From the IMG/VR virus record IMGVR_UViG_3300002595_000019, positions 19,513-83,512 of that record: DNA of 64,000 nucleotides. One strand, 5' to 3'. The position numbers and the translations under genes were made by a program. Source of the stretch: a virus. The notes under the pieces were generated by a model. That model was not told the origin of the DNA. It saw only the letters and a program-made list of their open reading frames with translations, and searched no databases. Below, in pieces: positions 48,907 through 57,534 of the stretch (positions within the stretch are counted from its first letter, which is position 1; every line of letters begins with the position of its first letter).

Positions 48907-48935
48907 ACTCAAAGCCAGCGAAGCTGGCATTGAGT
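48907..48935. other. GAA-triloop hairpin copy 2 with extended stem
   Basis: ACTCAA-A-GCCAGCGAAGCTGGC-A-TTGAGT. Confidence 0.85.
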
Positions 48936-48965
48936 GGAAAAAGAAAAAATATATGTAGGTAAATA

Positions 48966-49001
48966 AAACTGTCTATTCTAAATGGAGTAGGCAGTTTTTT
49001 T
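48966..49001 (+). terminator. Terminator upstream of rha
   Basis: AAACTGTCTATTC / GAGTAGGCAGTTT + T-run. Confidence 0.75.
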
Positions 49002-49033
49002 ATATAAAAAATATTAAAATGGAGGTCAGAACT

Positions 49034-49690
49034 ATGAAGTTAGTTTTTATTACGGACAATAATTTAAAGAATGACCCATATACTACAAGCAAAATAATTG
49101 CTGAATATGGTGGGCAAGAACACAGAGCAGTGAGACAATTAATCAGAACACATGAGAAATCATTAAGAGAATTTGGTAAGGTTTCGACATTTGAAATGCA
49201 GAAACCTGAAAATGAACTCGGTGGTAGACCAGAAAAGTATTACAAGCTGAATGAGGAACAGGCAACTTTTCTTATTACACTTATGAAAAATACTCCGCAA
49301 GTTGTTCTATTCAAAAAGGAACTGGTCAAACAATTCTTTACTATGAGACAGGAACTTGAAAAACGCAGATTGGAAAGAGAAACTGAATTGAAGAGTAGAA
49401 AAGAGTTGACTGAAAAAATAAAATTTCATCTTGGAAATGATAATTTCAAATTTATAGCATTTACTCAGATGATATATAAGGTTTTATTCGGGAAGGATGC
49501 ACAGGGTCTCAGAGATACTTTTGGTATAAACGATAAGAAAAAGACACCAAAGGATTTTATGTCTTCACAAGATGTGGAGAAAATTAGAAAAGCAGAAGAT
49601 AAAGCATTAACCATGCTTGAACTAGGATATGATTACCAGCAAGTCAGAGAACAGCTGGATAAAATATTCAATGAAAAAAATATTGCATAA
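49034..49690 (+). CDS. Rha family phage regulatory protein
   Basis: TTSKIIAE....H..V..LI, YYKLNEEQATFLITLMKNT..V..FK..LV..F..MR. Confidence 0.85.
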   Translation: MKLVFITDNNLKNDPYTTSKIIAEYGGQEHRAVRQLIRTHEKSLREFGKVSTFEMQKPENELGGRPEKYYKLNEEQATFLITLMKNTPQVVLFKKELVKQFFTMRQELEKRRLERETELKSRKELTEKIKFHLGNDNFKFIAFTQMIYKVLFGKDAQGLRDTFGINDKKKTPKDFMSSQDVEKIRKAEDKALTMLELGYDYQQVREQLDKIFNEKNIA

Positions 49691-49718
49691 GGGATGCCTG
49701 ATGGTGTCCCTTATTTTT
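49689..49718 (+). terminator. Possible terminator after rha
   Basis: GGGATGCC-TGAT-GGTGTCCC-TTATTTTT. Confidence 0.6.
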
Positions 49719-49734
49719 ATGGAAGGAGAATGTT

Positions 49735-50988
49735 ATGGAATTTAGGAAAATTAAAATATCAGATTTAAAACACGCAGAATATAACCCGAGAGTTGACTTG
49801 AAGCCTGGAGATAAAGAATTCGAGAAAATAAAGAGCAGCATTACTGAATTCGGATATTGTGAGCCGATTATAGTAAATAGTGATATGACCATTATTGGCG
49901 GTCATCAGAGGAGTAAGGTTCTGAAAGAACTGGGATATGATGAAATAGACTGTGTGGTAATTGAGGTTGATAAGACTAAAGAGAAAGCTTTGAATATTGC
50001 TCTGAATAAAATTACAGGCGAATGGGATCTGTCAGCACTGGCTTATTTGCTGGATGAATTAAAAACTGAGAATTATAATATTGAGCTTACTGGTGTTGAT
50101 TTTGCTGAGGCAGAAAAACTATGGGATGAATATATGCCAAAAGATGAACAGCAGGAGGAAGAAGAAATTCCTGAAGTGCCAGAAGAACCAGTTGTTCAAT
50201 CAGGAGATATTATCCTGCTTGGCAAACATAGACTGATATGTGGTGATGCCACAAAGGCTGAAGATTTAAAGAAACTCATGGATGGGAAAAAGGCAAAACT
50301 TACGGTAACAGACCCTCCATATGGAATAGCTTATGTAGGGAAAACGGAAGATGCGTTGACAATACAAAATGATAACTTGAGTGATGAAGAATTTTATAAT
50401 TTCCTGCTTAATGCGTTTAAGAGAGTTTATGAAATATCCGATGACGGAGCAAGTATATATGTATTTCATGCAGATGCTAAAGGATTGATATTTAGGAAAG
50501 CATTTGTTGATTCTGGCTTTAAGCATTCTCAATGTTGCATATGGGTAAAGAATACCTTTGTCATGGGAAGACAGCCGTATCAGTGGCAACATGAGCCTGC
50601 ACTATTCGGTTGGAAACCAACAGGTTCTCATTATTGGAATGGTGACAGAAAGCAGAGTACCATCTGGAACTTTGATAAACCGAGGGTAAATGATGTGCAT
50701 CCTACAATGAAGCCGATTCCACTGATTGAGTACATAATAAAAAATTCCAGTAAATATGGTGATATTATTGTAGATACATTTCTTGGCAGTGGAACTACAT
50801 TAATTGCTGCCGATAAGACAGATAGGATTTGTTATGGCTCTGAACTTGACCCGAAATATTGTCAGGTTATTATTGAACGTTGGATAAATTATAAGGATGG
50901 AATCAACGGTGATGATGTAATTATTGAAAGAGACAGGCAGCAATATAAATACTCGGACTTAAAGCGTGAGCAAGTAGCGGTCTCATAA
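49735..50988 (+). CDS. ParB-N fused amino DNA methyltransferase
   Basis: YNPR, GGHQR, DPPY, HPTMKP, FLGSGTT; homologue of 486-1751. Confidence 0.9.
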   Translation: MEFRKIKISDLKHAEYNPRVDLKPGDKEFEKIKSSITEFGYCEPIIVNSDMTIIGGHQRSKVLKELGYDEIDCVVIEVDKTKEKALNIALNKITGEWDLSALAYLLDELKTENYNIELTGVDFAEAEKLWDEYMPKDEQQEEEEIPEVPEEPVVQSGDIILLGKHRLICGDATKAEDLKKLMDGKKAKLTVTDPPYGIAYVGKTEDALTIQNDNLSDEEFYNFLLNAFKRVYEISDDGASIYVFHADAKGLIFRKAFVDSGFKHSQCCIWVKNTFVMGRQPYQWQHEPALFGWKPTGSHYWNGDRKQSTIWNFDKPRVNDVHPTMKPIPLIEYIIKNSSKYGDIIVDTFLGSGTTLIAADKTDRICYGSELDPKYCQVIIERWINYKDGINGDDVIIERDRQQYKYSDLKREQVAVS

Positions 50989-51131
50989 AGTGAGCAATAA
51001 TAAATTCTCATCTTATATGACAGATTCCTGCTCATTTTATTTTACCGAAAGCCCCTCATTATACTTGATTTAATGTGCTTTCTGAGTGATTAATGTAGTA
51101 CACCAAAATCATGAAATGGAGGGTTTTTATT

Positions 51132-51893
51132 ATGGAGAGAAAAGAAATCATTAAGGCTTTAGGGGAACACTTTGGGGTAGAGTCAAAGTATATGGGAGTA
51201 CCGAGTTTTGCTTATCAGGTTCAAACAACAAATGAAACTTACACAATTGACAGAGCAGGAAAGATAACAACTTCTGAAGGGATTGAAGTGGAACTTGAAA
51301 GCATATTAAACGGAGGTAAGGTGGAAGAGACAAGTGAACCCACTGCCGAGACAATAAGCATTGAGGTTGCAGTTCCGATGGAAGGTCATACTGGAAGCAC
51401 TTTAAAAAATCTGGTGAATATGGTTTATAGCAAACAGGCACTTATAAAAAAATCACTCGGAATTACTGGCAATATTATCGAAACTGAATTTTGTAAAGGC
51501 ATCAATGAAGGTAAAATTGAATCACTGGATGATTTCAGGGTAGCCATTGAGAGTGTTGGAGAGAAACATTGTCCAGGGATTGCTTTTGATTTTAATAATA
51601 GCACCGTTACTTTTAAGTTTTTGGAAGGAGAAGCAAGTCCTGAAAAGGTTCAAGCTTATACTCAACTGGTAGCACTATTGAATCAAAATGCTAAAACCTT
51701 AAAGCATGCTTTAGCTAAGTCAAAGGATACAGATAACGATAAGTTTACCTTCCGAGTTTTTCTTATAAGGCTCGGCATGGTAGGGGATGAATACAAGGTT
51801 GCAAGGAAAGTGCTGCTGGAGAACCTTGGAGGAAACTCGGCTTTCCGAAGCGGTAAAAAGCCTGAAAAGAATATAATTGCAGATGCTGAATAG
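51132..51893 (+). CDS. Conserved phage protein (virulence-related protein family)
   Basis: NDKFTFRVFLIRLG..GDEYK..RKVLLENLGGNSAF; homologue of 3660-4379. Confidence 0.75.
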   Translation: MERKEIIKALGEHFGVESKYMGVPSFAYQVQTTNETYTIDRAGKITTSEGIEVELESILNGGKVEETSEPTAETISIEVAVPMEGHTGSTLKNLVNMVYSKQALIKKSLGITGNIIETEFCKGINEGKIESLDDFRVAIESVGEKHCPGIAFDFNNSTVTFKFLEGEASPEKVQAYTQLVALLNQNAKTLKHALAKSKDTDNDKFTFRVFLIRLGMVGDEYKVARKVLLENLGGNSAFRSGKKPEKNIIADAE

Positions 51894-51909
51894 CTTATCC
51901 TTTCCGAAT

Positions 51910-51945
51910 ATATCGCTTCACGTTGGCTTGTGGGGCGATATTTTT
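51910..51945 (+). terminator. Terminator
   Basis: ATATCGCTTCAC / GTGGGGCGATAT + TTTT. Confidence 0.75.
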
Positions 51946-52077
51946 ATATTGTTGCGGTAAATGACCGATATGGGAAGGTAAAAGGCTTATAGAAAAAGTT
52001 ATCAATTTCAACTTTACTTTCATCGGCAGTAGAGCTAATGTACTACCTAACCAAAAAGTGAAAGGGGAATGTTGAAT

Positions 52078-52278
52078 ATGCAAACTGAAATCTTAATACG
52101 GGAAACCTTGAGAGGACTACTGGCTACGGCAATTGAAAAGGTCTGTGTGCTGGGAGAAGAAGATGCTCAGGAGGATTTGAAAAGGCTGAGGGAAGTTTAT
52201 GATGACTTGGTATTGTTCTGGGGACTGGAAGAAGGAGTGATTGATGAGTTTGATGAAAAGGTTGGAATATTGAAGTAA
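52078..52278 (+). CDS. Small acidic hypothetical protein
   Basis: SD AAAGGGG, promoter TTTACT-17-TAATGT upstream, terminator downstream. Confidence 0.6.
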   Translation: MQTEILIRETLRGLLATAIEKVCVLGEEDAQEDLKRLREVYDDLVLFWGLEEGVIDEFDEKVGILK

Positions 52279-52282
52279 GGAT

Positions 52283-52304
52283 AGGCTGAGAAATCAGCCT
52301 TTTT
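52283..52304 (+). terminator. Terminator
   Basis: AGGCTGA-GAAA-TCAGCCT-TTTT. Confidence 0.75.
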
Positions 52305-52326
52305 CCAATTTGAAGGAGGTGAGAAC

Positions 52327-52887
52327 ATGGGTGGTAGCAGAAAAGGAATTCCGAATAAAACAAGCCGATATGATTCGGACATATTACCAAGACTGTCTGA
52401 CATAAAGGAATGGCTGATGCAGGGAGATACCGTAAGGGAGATTTGTAAGAAACTTGCTATTTCCCCCGACTCTTGGTATCGTTATTGTAAAGAGCATGAA
52501 ACACTCTCTGAACTTGTAACTATGGGCAGGAGCGTGTTATGTAATGAAGTTGAAAAATCATTATTGAAGCTTTGTACTGGGTATGAATATGAAGAACTCA
52601 AGACCATTGTTGAAGAGGATAAAAATGGGAAAAAGAGAACCAAGATTGAAAAGATAAAGCGACACCAGCCACCATCGGCTCAAGCCATATCATTCTTCTT
52701 AAGAAATCGTATGCCAGAGGAATGGTCGGATAAGAAGGAGCTTATATTGGATACGAGCCAAAATGAAGAGGCGAGGAAGCAGTTGTTCCTGCAAATGGTG
52801 AATGGCGAGATGGATGCAGATACAGAAGAGAATGATGCCGATTGCAAAGAGGAGCAGCAAAGACAAGTTGAAGAAGATATGCAATAA
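52327..52887 (+). CDS. Putative terminase small subunit
   Basis: N-terminal HTH (EICKKLAIS..SWYRY), VEKSLLK.C.GYEYEE, PP...AI.FFL.NR.PEEW.DK. Confidence 0.75.
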   Translation: MGGSRKGIPNKTSRYDSDILPRLSDIKEWLMQGDTVREICKKLAISPDSWYRYCKEHETLSELVTMGRSVLCNEVEKSLLKLCTGYEYEELKTIVEEDKNGKKRTKIEKIKRHQPPSAQAISFFLRNRMPEEWSDKKELILDTSQNEEARKQLFLQMVNGEMDADTEENDADCKEEQQRQVEEDMQ

Positions 52888-52958
52888 TCTTATGTCGTCA
52901 GTTTTTACCGAGATAAATGCCGATTTTATATAAAAGAATGCCCTGAAAAAGCCTGATT

Positions 52959-52986
52959 ACAATGCATAATTAGGGTTATGTATTCA
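52959..52986. other. dif-like tyrosine-recombinase core site
   Basis: ACAATGCATAA-TTAGGG-TTATGTATTCA: 11-6-11 layout; arms resemble E. coli dif GGTGCGCATAA-N6-TTATGTTAAAT. Confidence 0.6.
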
Positions 52987-52987
52987 G

Positions 52988-53016
52988 TTGACTTAGGGGC
53001 AGTACAGAGGTAACAT
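52988..53016 (+). promoter_or_regulatory. Sigma-A promoter of the tyrosine recombinase
   Basis: TTGACT-17-TAACAT. Confidence 0.7.
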
Positions 53017-53048
53017 GGACACACCAAATGAAGGAAGGGTGTGTCTAT

Positions 53049-53897
53049 ATGCTTGATTTAAGCGGTTTTGAAGTATATTTAAAGAGCCAAGAACGCAGTA
53101 AGAATACGAATAGCTGCTATATTCGGGACAGTAAGGCTTTTATTGAATGGTATGGCAGCAGGACGGATTGTGGTCTTGATAAACTAATTGAACTGGATGT
53201 AATTGAATATAAGAAGCACTTACTTAGCACCAGCGAATCGGTGGTTACAGCTAATAGGAAGATTGCCAGCATCAATGCCTTTTGCAAATGGCTCTATGAA
53301 AGCGGAACAACTCCTGAAGAAGTTTCGATTAAAGCAGTAAAGAATCGGGATGCTCGCCAATATAAAGGCTTGCAGGAAAGGGACTTGAGGAGACTACGAG
53401 CCGAGATACACAGAAACAGGAATAAAATGCATATCTGCATCATTGAAATACTGCTTGGCACAGGACTTCGGGTAAGTGAACTTTGCAATATAAAGCTTAA
53501 GGATATTGATATATCCGAACGCAAAGGTTCTATAAAGGTTATTGGAAAAGGGAATGTTAACAGAACGCTACCATTAAATAAGGATGTCAGAAAAGCAATC
53601 CAAGAATATCTTGCAGTAAGACCAAAGGATGACAGTGACTTCCTATTAATAGGGCAGCGTGGAGCTTTGAAGAGGAATGCTATCAACCTTATTCTTGAGA
53701 AGTATGGTAAGAGAGTTTCAGTTGAAGTGACACCGCATAGCTTAAGGCATACGCTTGGATATAAGCTGGTCAAGGAAGGAACAGCAATTACTACCATTCA
53801 GCAGATACTCGGTCACGATAACATAATGACCACAAGCCTTTACACAGTCACAACCGAGCAAGATATGAATAATTCCTTAGAAGCACTGGAGTGGTAA
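53049..53897 (+). CDS. XerD-like tyrosine recombinase
   Basis: TGLRVSEL, HSLRH, LGH..I.TT.LY. Confidence 0.93.
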   Translation: MLDLSGFEVYLKSQERSKNTNSCYIRDSKAFIEWYGSRTDCGLDKLIELDVIEYKKHLLSTSESVVTANRKIASINAFCKWLYESGTTPEEVSIKAVKNRDARQYKGLQERDLRRLRAEIHRNRNKMHICIIEILLGTGLRVSELCNIKLKDIDISERKGSIKVIGKGNVNRTLPLNKDVRKAIQEYLAVRPKDDSDFLLIGQRGALKRNAINLILEKYGKRVSVEVTPHSLRHTLGYKLVKEGTAITTIQQILGHDNIMTTSLYTVTTEQDMNNSLEALEW

Positions 53898-53916
53898 GCA
53901 AGCCCACTCTTTTTTT
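53889..53916 (+). terminator. Terminator overlapping recombinase stop
   Basis: GAGTGG / CCACTC + T7. Confidence 0.65.
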
Positions 53917-54067
53917 ATGCACCTTTCCCAATGGGAGGGGTGCTTCTATCTGTAAAATTGCCCCTACAGCAAATGCTGTGAAAATTTTTTTGACAAATTT
54001 TTATTTTCATTGATGCTAAACGTCATTATATGATACAATAATATGGTGAATTTTGGGGGTGATTGAT

Positions 54068-54847
54068 TTGTGTAAATCTGCTATCGTCTTTATGGATTAC
54101 GATAATGTATGGATAACATGTGAAAAGAACTATAATGTAGATGTCTTTGTAAAAAATTTTATTGATAAAATCTACGATTTTATGGGTGAAAAAGGTTATA
54201 AAGTAAATGAATTTATAGCCTATGGTAATTATGACAATGGGAAAATGTCAAGAGATAAACATCAAACAAAACTTCAAACTTTAGGTGTACAAACTCGCCA
54301 TTGTATGAATGGTAAAGACTCTGCTGACATTGCAATAGTATGTGATGCATTAGAAAAATTATTTTTAACATCTACAGATAATGATACATATATTATAGTA
54401 TCATGTGATAAAGACATTACTCCACTGATTAATAAAATTAAGTCTCAAGGTAAAGAAGTTGTATTAGTAACCTTTGCAGTAAACATTGATTGGGATGTAA
54501 TGATGAACTATGGCGATTTTCACTTTTGGTTTGAAGAAATTATTGATATACCGTTTACAGAACCAAATCTAAAGCCATTGTTGGATTGTGAAGTCTTTTG
54601 TTCGGAGCTAGGTAAAGAGGTCATCAAAAGACAAACAGATATTAATTATTCACTATTTTCAAATGGAATACAAAAAAAATATAAGACATGCGAAAGTGAA
54701 ATTGATGAATTTAGGGATAAGTTGATTGAAGAAGGTAAAATTGAAATATACAATTATGATTTCAGAGGTAAAACATTCCATGATGGAATAAGACTTATTA
54801 CTGATGGAAATACTACTAATGGTTCTCAAATTACTGATGAAGTTTAG
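54068..54847 (+). CDS. NYN-domain (PIN-like) protein
   Basis: VFMDYDN, KDSADIAIVCD, VSCDKDI.PL...K..GK.V; extended -10 TG-A-TACAAT upstream. Confidence 0.85.
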   Translation: MCKSAIVFMDYDNVWITCEKNYNVDVFVKNFIDKIYDFMGEKGYKVNEFIAYGNYDNGKMSRDKHQTKLQTLGVQTRHCMNGKDSADIAIVCDALEKLFLTSTDNDTYIIVSCDKDITPLINKIKSQGKEVVLVTFAVNIDWDVMMNYGDFHFWFEEIIDIPFTEPNLKPLLDCEVFCSELGKEVIKRQTDINYSLFSNGIQKKYKTCESEIDEFRDKLIEEGKIEIYNYDFRGKTFHDGIRLITDGNTTNGSQITDEV

Positions 54848-54869
54848 AAAACAAAAATATCATTTTTTC

Positions 54870-54898
54870 TTGACGGAGATGCCTTATAGTATTATAAT
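54870..54898 (+). promoter_or_regulatory. Sigma-A promoter between NYN gene and terL
   Basis: TTGACG-17-TATAAT. Confidence 0.8.
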
Positions 54899-54908
54899 AA
54901 AATCAAAG

Positions 54909-54964
54909 AGAAAACTCTAAAACAAGAAAACTTTATAAAAGAAAACTTTAATGTAGAAAACCTT
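54909..54964 (+). repeat. Four AGAAAACYYT repeats at 15-16 bp spacing
   Basis: Starts at 54909, 54925, 54940, 54955. Confidence 0.8.
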
Positions 54965-55027
54965 TAAACGAGAGAGGGTGTAAGAAAAACTTGCATCCTC
55001 TCTATTATTATATGGAGAGGTGATGCG

Positions 55028-56629
55028 ATGCAAGCACAACAAGACCATCACCGCCAAAATCTCCTGTTAAAAGAATATCTGAACAAATATTTCTCTCCGA
55101 ACAAGATAGAAGAACTTGTCGGGGAGTTTTCATTTTCGGAGCTTCGCAGGTTGCTTGGCGAGATGGATATAGAATTTTTTGCCTTGTGTTACTTCCCGAA
55201 ATACTTTGATAGAAAGTTCGGACAGTTTCATAAGGAGTTATTTGAAGAACTAAAATATATGCTGGACAATAAAGGGTTGATTGAGGCTTTCGGATTGCCA
55301 AGAGAACATGGCAAAAGCACAATCAACTCTTTTTTATTTCCGCTGTATTCAACACTATACGGTAAATCCTGCTTTACGTTGATAATATCAGCAACAGAGC
55401 AGATTGCACTCCCTTTTCTTGATATGATTAAGGATGAACTTGAAAACAACCAATTATTGATTGAGGACTTCGGCATTTATAAAGGAAACCGTTGGAACAA
55501 TAATGAAATATGGATTCGTGGCAGAGGCTGTTTGGATGCCTGTATAATGATACGTGGAATTGATGGCTCATTGAGGGGTATCCACTTTAAGCAATATCGT
55601 CCCCAGCTTGTTCTTTTAGATGACTTATTAAAAGACGATACAGCAAAGTCGGAAACCAAACGTGAGCAAGTAAAAAGCACATTTACCGATGTAGTAATAC
55701 CGATTGGAACTAGAGATACAAATATTCTTGTTGTCGGAACTGTGCTCCATGAGGAAGACCTTATGGCTGATTTACTGAAAGGTAAAATTCCAGGAGTGAG
55801 AAGTATAAAGAAAGCTTCTATAGTTAATTGGGCAGAAAGGGATGACCTCTGGAGTGAATGGGAAGCAAAATATAATAACCTTCAGGACTTAGATAGAATT
55901 GAATCTGCTAAGTCCTTTTTTTATGACCATCAGGAAGAAATGCTGGAAGGAACAGAAATTCTATGGTCTGAATATCTGGATTATTATTATCTTATGTGTA
56001 AGAAACAGGCTATGGGAGATAAGTCATTCTATAAGGAAATGCAGAATGATCCACGCAGTACCGATGATTATATTTTCCAGAATATATCCTTTTGGGAGAA
56101 GCTGCCTGAATATGAGGAGCTTGAAGTCATTATGTACATTGACCCTGCAATAAAGGCAGGAAAGAGAAATGACTATTCTGCTATCACAATTCTTGGACAG
56201 CACAGGAAAACCAATCAAATGTATGTAATTGACGGTTCTATTTATAAGCTTCTGCCTGATGACCTGTTTTCAGTTGTAATAGAAAAATTGCAGTATTACC
56301 CTGTTGAAAAAATAGGATTTGAAGCGACACAGGCTCAGAGTTATATGAAGCAGAAATTTGAAGAGCAGCTATGGCAGAATAAAATTTATGCTCCCGTTGA
56401 GGAAGTTGTTGCAAAGGGACAGAAGCATGAGAGAATTATTACTTTAGAACCAGATATTAAGAAAGGACATATACTGTTCAATTCTTCCAATGTGGGTTAT
56501 AATAATCAAGTAAAAGATTATAACAAGGGTGCAAAGCATGATGATGCTCCTGATAGCCTATATGGTGCTGTACAATTGGTAAAGGGAGTACAGAGGATTA
56601 GGTTTTTTGACAGGAATTTATTGTTTTAA
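55028..56629 (+). CDS. Terminase large subunit (Terminase_6-like)
   Basis: PREHGKST, LLDDL, YIDPA, HDDAPDSL. Confidence 0.93.
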   Translation: MQAQQDHHRQNLLLKEYLNKYFSPNKIEELVGEFSFSELRRLLGEMDIEFFALCYFPKYFDRKFGQFHKELFEELKYMLDNKGLIEAFGLPREHGKSTINSFLFPLYSTLYGKSCFTLIISATEQIALPFLDMIKDELENNQLLIEDFGIYKGNRWNNNEIWIRGRGCLDACIMIRGIDGSLRGIHFKQYRPQLVLLDDLLKDDTAKSETKREQVKSTFTDVVIPIGTRDTNILVVGTVLHEEDLMADLLKGKIPGVRSIKKASIVNWAERDDLWSEWEAKYNNLQDLDRIESAKSFFYDHQEEMLEGTEILWSEYLDYYYLMCKKQAMGDKSFYKEMQNDPRSTDDYIFQNISFWEKLPEYEELEVIMYIDPAIKAGKRNDYSAITILGQHRKTNQMYVIDGSIYKLLPDDLFSVVIEKLQYYPVEKIGFEATQAQSYMKQKFEEQLWQNKIYAPVEEVVAKGQKHERIITLEPDIKKGHILFNSSNVGYNNQVKDYNKGAKHDDAPDSLYGAVQLVKGVQRIRFFDRNLLF

Positions 56630-56658
56630 AGTAAAGTATTTATTGGGGGTCTTGGGTT

Positions 56659-57471
56659 ATGAATACGGTCTTTGTTAGCATACTAACAAGCTTGATTGTG
56701 AGTTTAATAACATTCACACTTGGAATGAAATCTGGTAAAAATCAAGCCGACAGGCAACGATTAAAAGAACTATATAAAAATATAACCGTCCATTTTCAAA
56801 ATCTGAAGAAAGGTCTGGAAAGCCATACTCCAAAAACATGGAGAAGCTTTTCTAATAAATCAGGTAATTCAGACCCCCTTATAAAAAGAATGATAAAAAA
56901 TGGTGACATAATTGAAATAAATGCAAAGATGTCTAAAAGAGCGGAAGAGACTGAAAAACAGGCACTTGCTTTGGGTTGGAGATTTTATGATATTTATAAG
57001 GATTTACATGCTATATCGATTGAAATAATTAAAAAGTATGCAACTATATATCACGAATCTACGGGAAACAATTATTGTACTAAAAAATCTGAGAACAAAA
57101 TTGGGCGACCTTTTTGGGAATGTGGGTTTGGAATTCTCCTAGATAAAAAGCTAATTGATGAAAAAATATCATATTTAAATGATAGTCCCAACAATGGTTT
57201 CAATTTTATTCACACTGAAGACGGTAGGATATTGTACTCGATAACAATTTATCCTGATGACTTAACGGACATTTCCATTAAGGATTTACTCTATGAGATT
57301 AATAGTATATCAATTGAAAATATAGAAAATGCAAGTAGTTTATTAAAACAGAAAGTGGAAATATGTAAAGATATTAATAAAATTATCAAAAAGAGTATGA
57401 GAAGAGCGAGAGACCCACATACATTCATTGAAACCATTGGGGGTGCTTTCCTAGATATCTTCAAAATCTAA
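56659..57471 (+). CDS. Moron-like hypothetical protein with N-terminal membrane anchor
   Basis: FVSILTSLIVSLITFTLG helix; AT-rich; own terminator. Confidence 0.7.
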   Translation: MNTVFVSILTSLIVSLITFTLGMKSGKNQADRQRLKELYKNITVHFQNLKKGLESHTPKTWRSFSNKSGNSDPLIKRMIKNGDIIEINAKMSKRAEETEKQALALGWRFYDIYKDLHAISIEIIKKYATIYHESTGNNYCTKKSENKIGRPFWECGFGILLDKKLIDEKISYLNDSPNNGFNFIHTEDGRILYSITIYPDDLTDISIKDLLYEINSISIENIENASSLLKQKVEICKDINKIIKKSMRRARDPHTFIETIGGAFLDIFKI

Positions 57472-57478
57472 TATTTCG

Positions 57479-57505
57479 ATAGCTCTCATTATGAGGGCTA
57501 TTTTT
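57479..57505 (+). terminator. Terminator after moron
   Basis: ATAGCTCTCA / TGAGGGCTAT + TTTT. Confidence 0.8.
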
Positions 57506-57534
57506 ATGCGTATTTTTAGAAAGGAAGTGATACT

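Noticed and set aside
53049-53897. Tyrosine recombinase as the integrase of element 2
   Set aside because: It is internal rather than terminal, short and XerD-like; a terminal serine recombinase module and rlmD scars explain integration better
54909-54964. CRISPR array
   Set aside because: Repeats are ~10 bp with 5-6 bp gaps and there are no cas genes. No CRISPR array, tRNA or rRNA was recognised anywhere in the window
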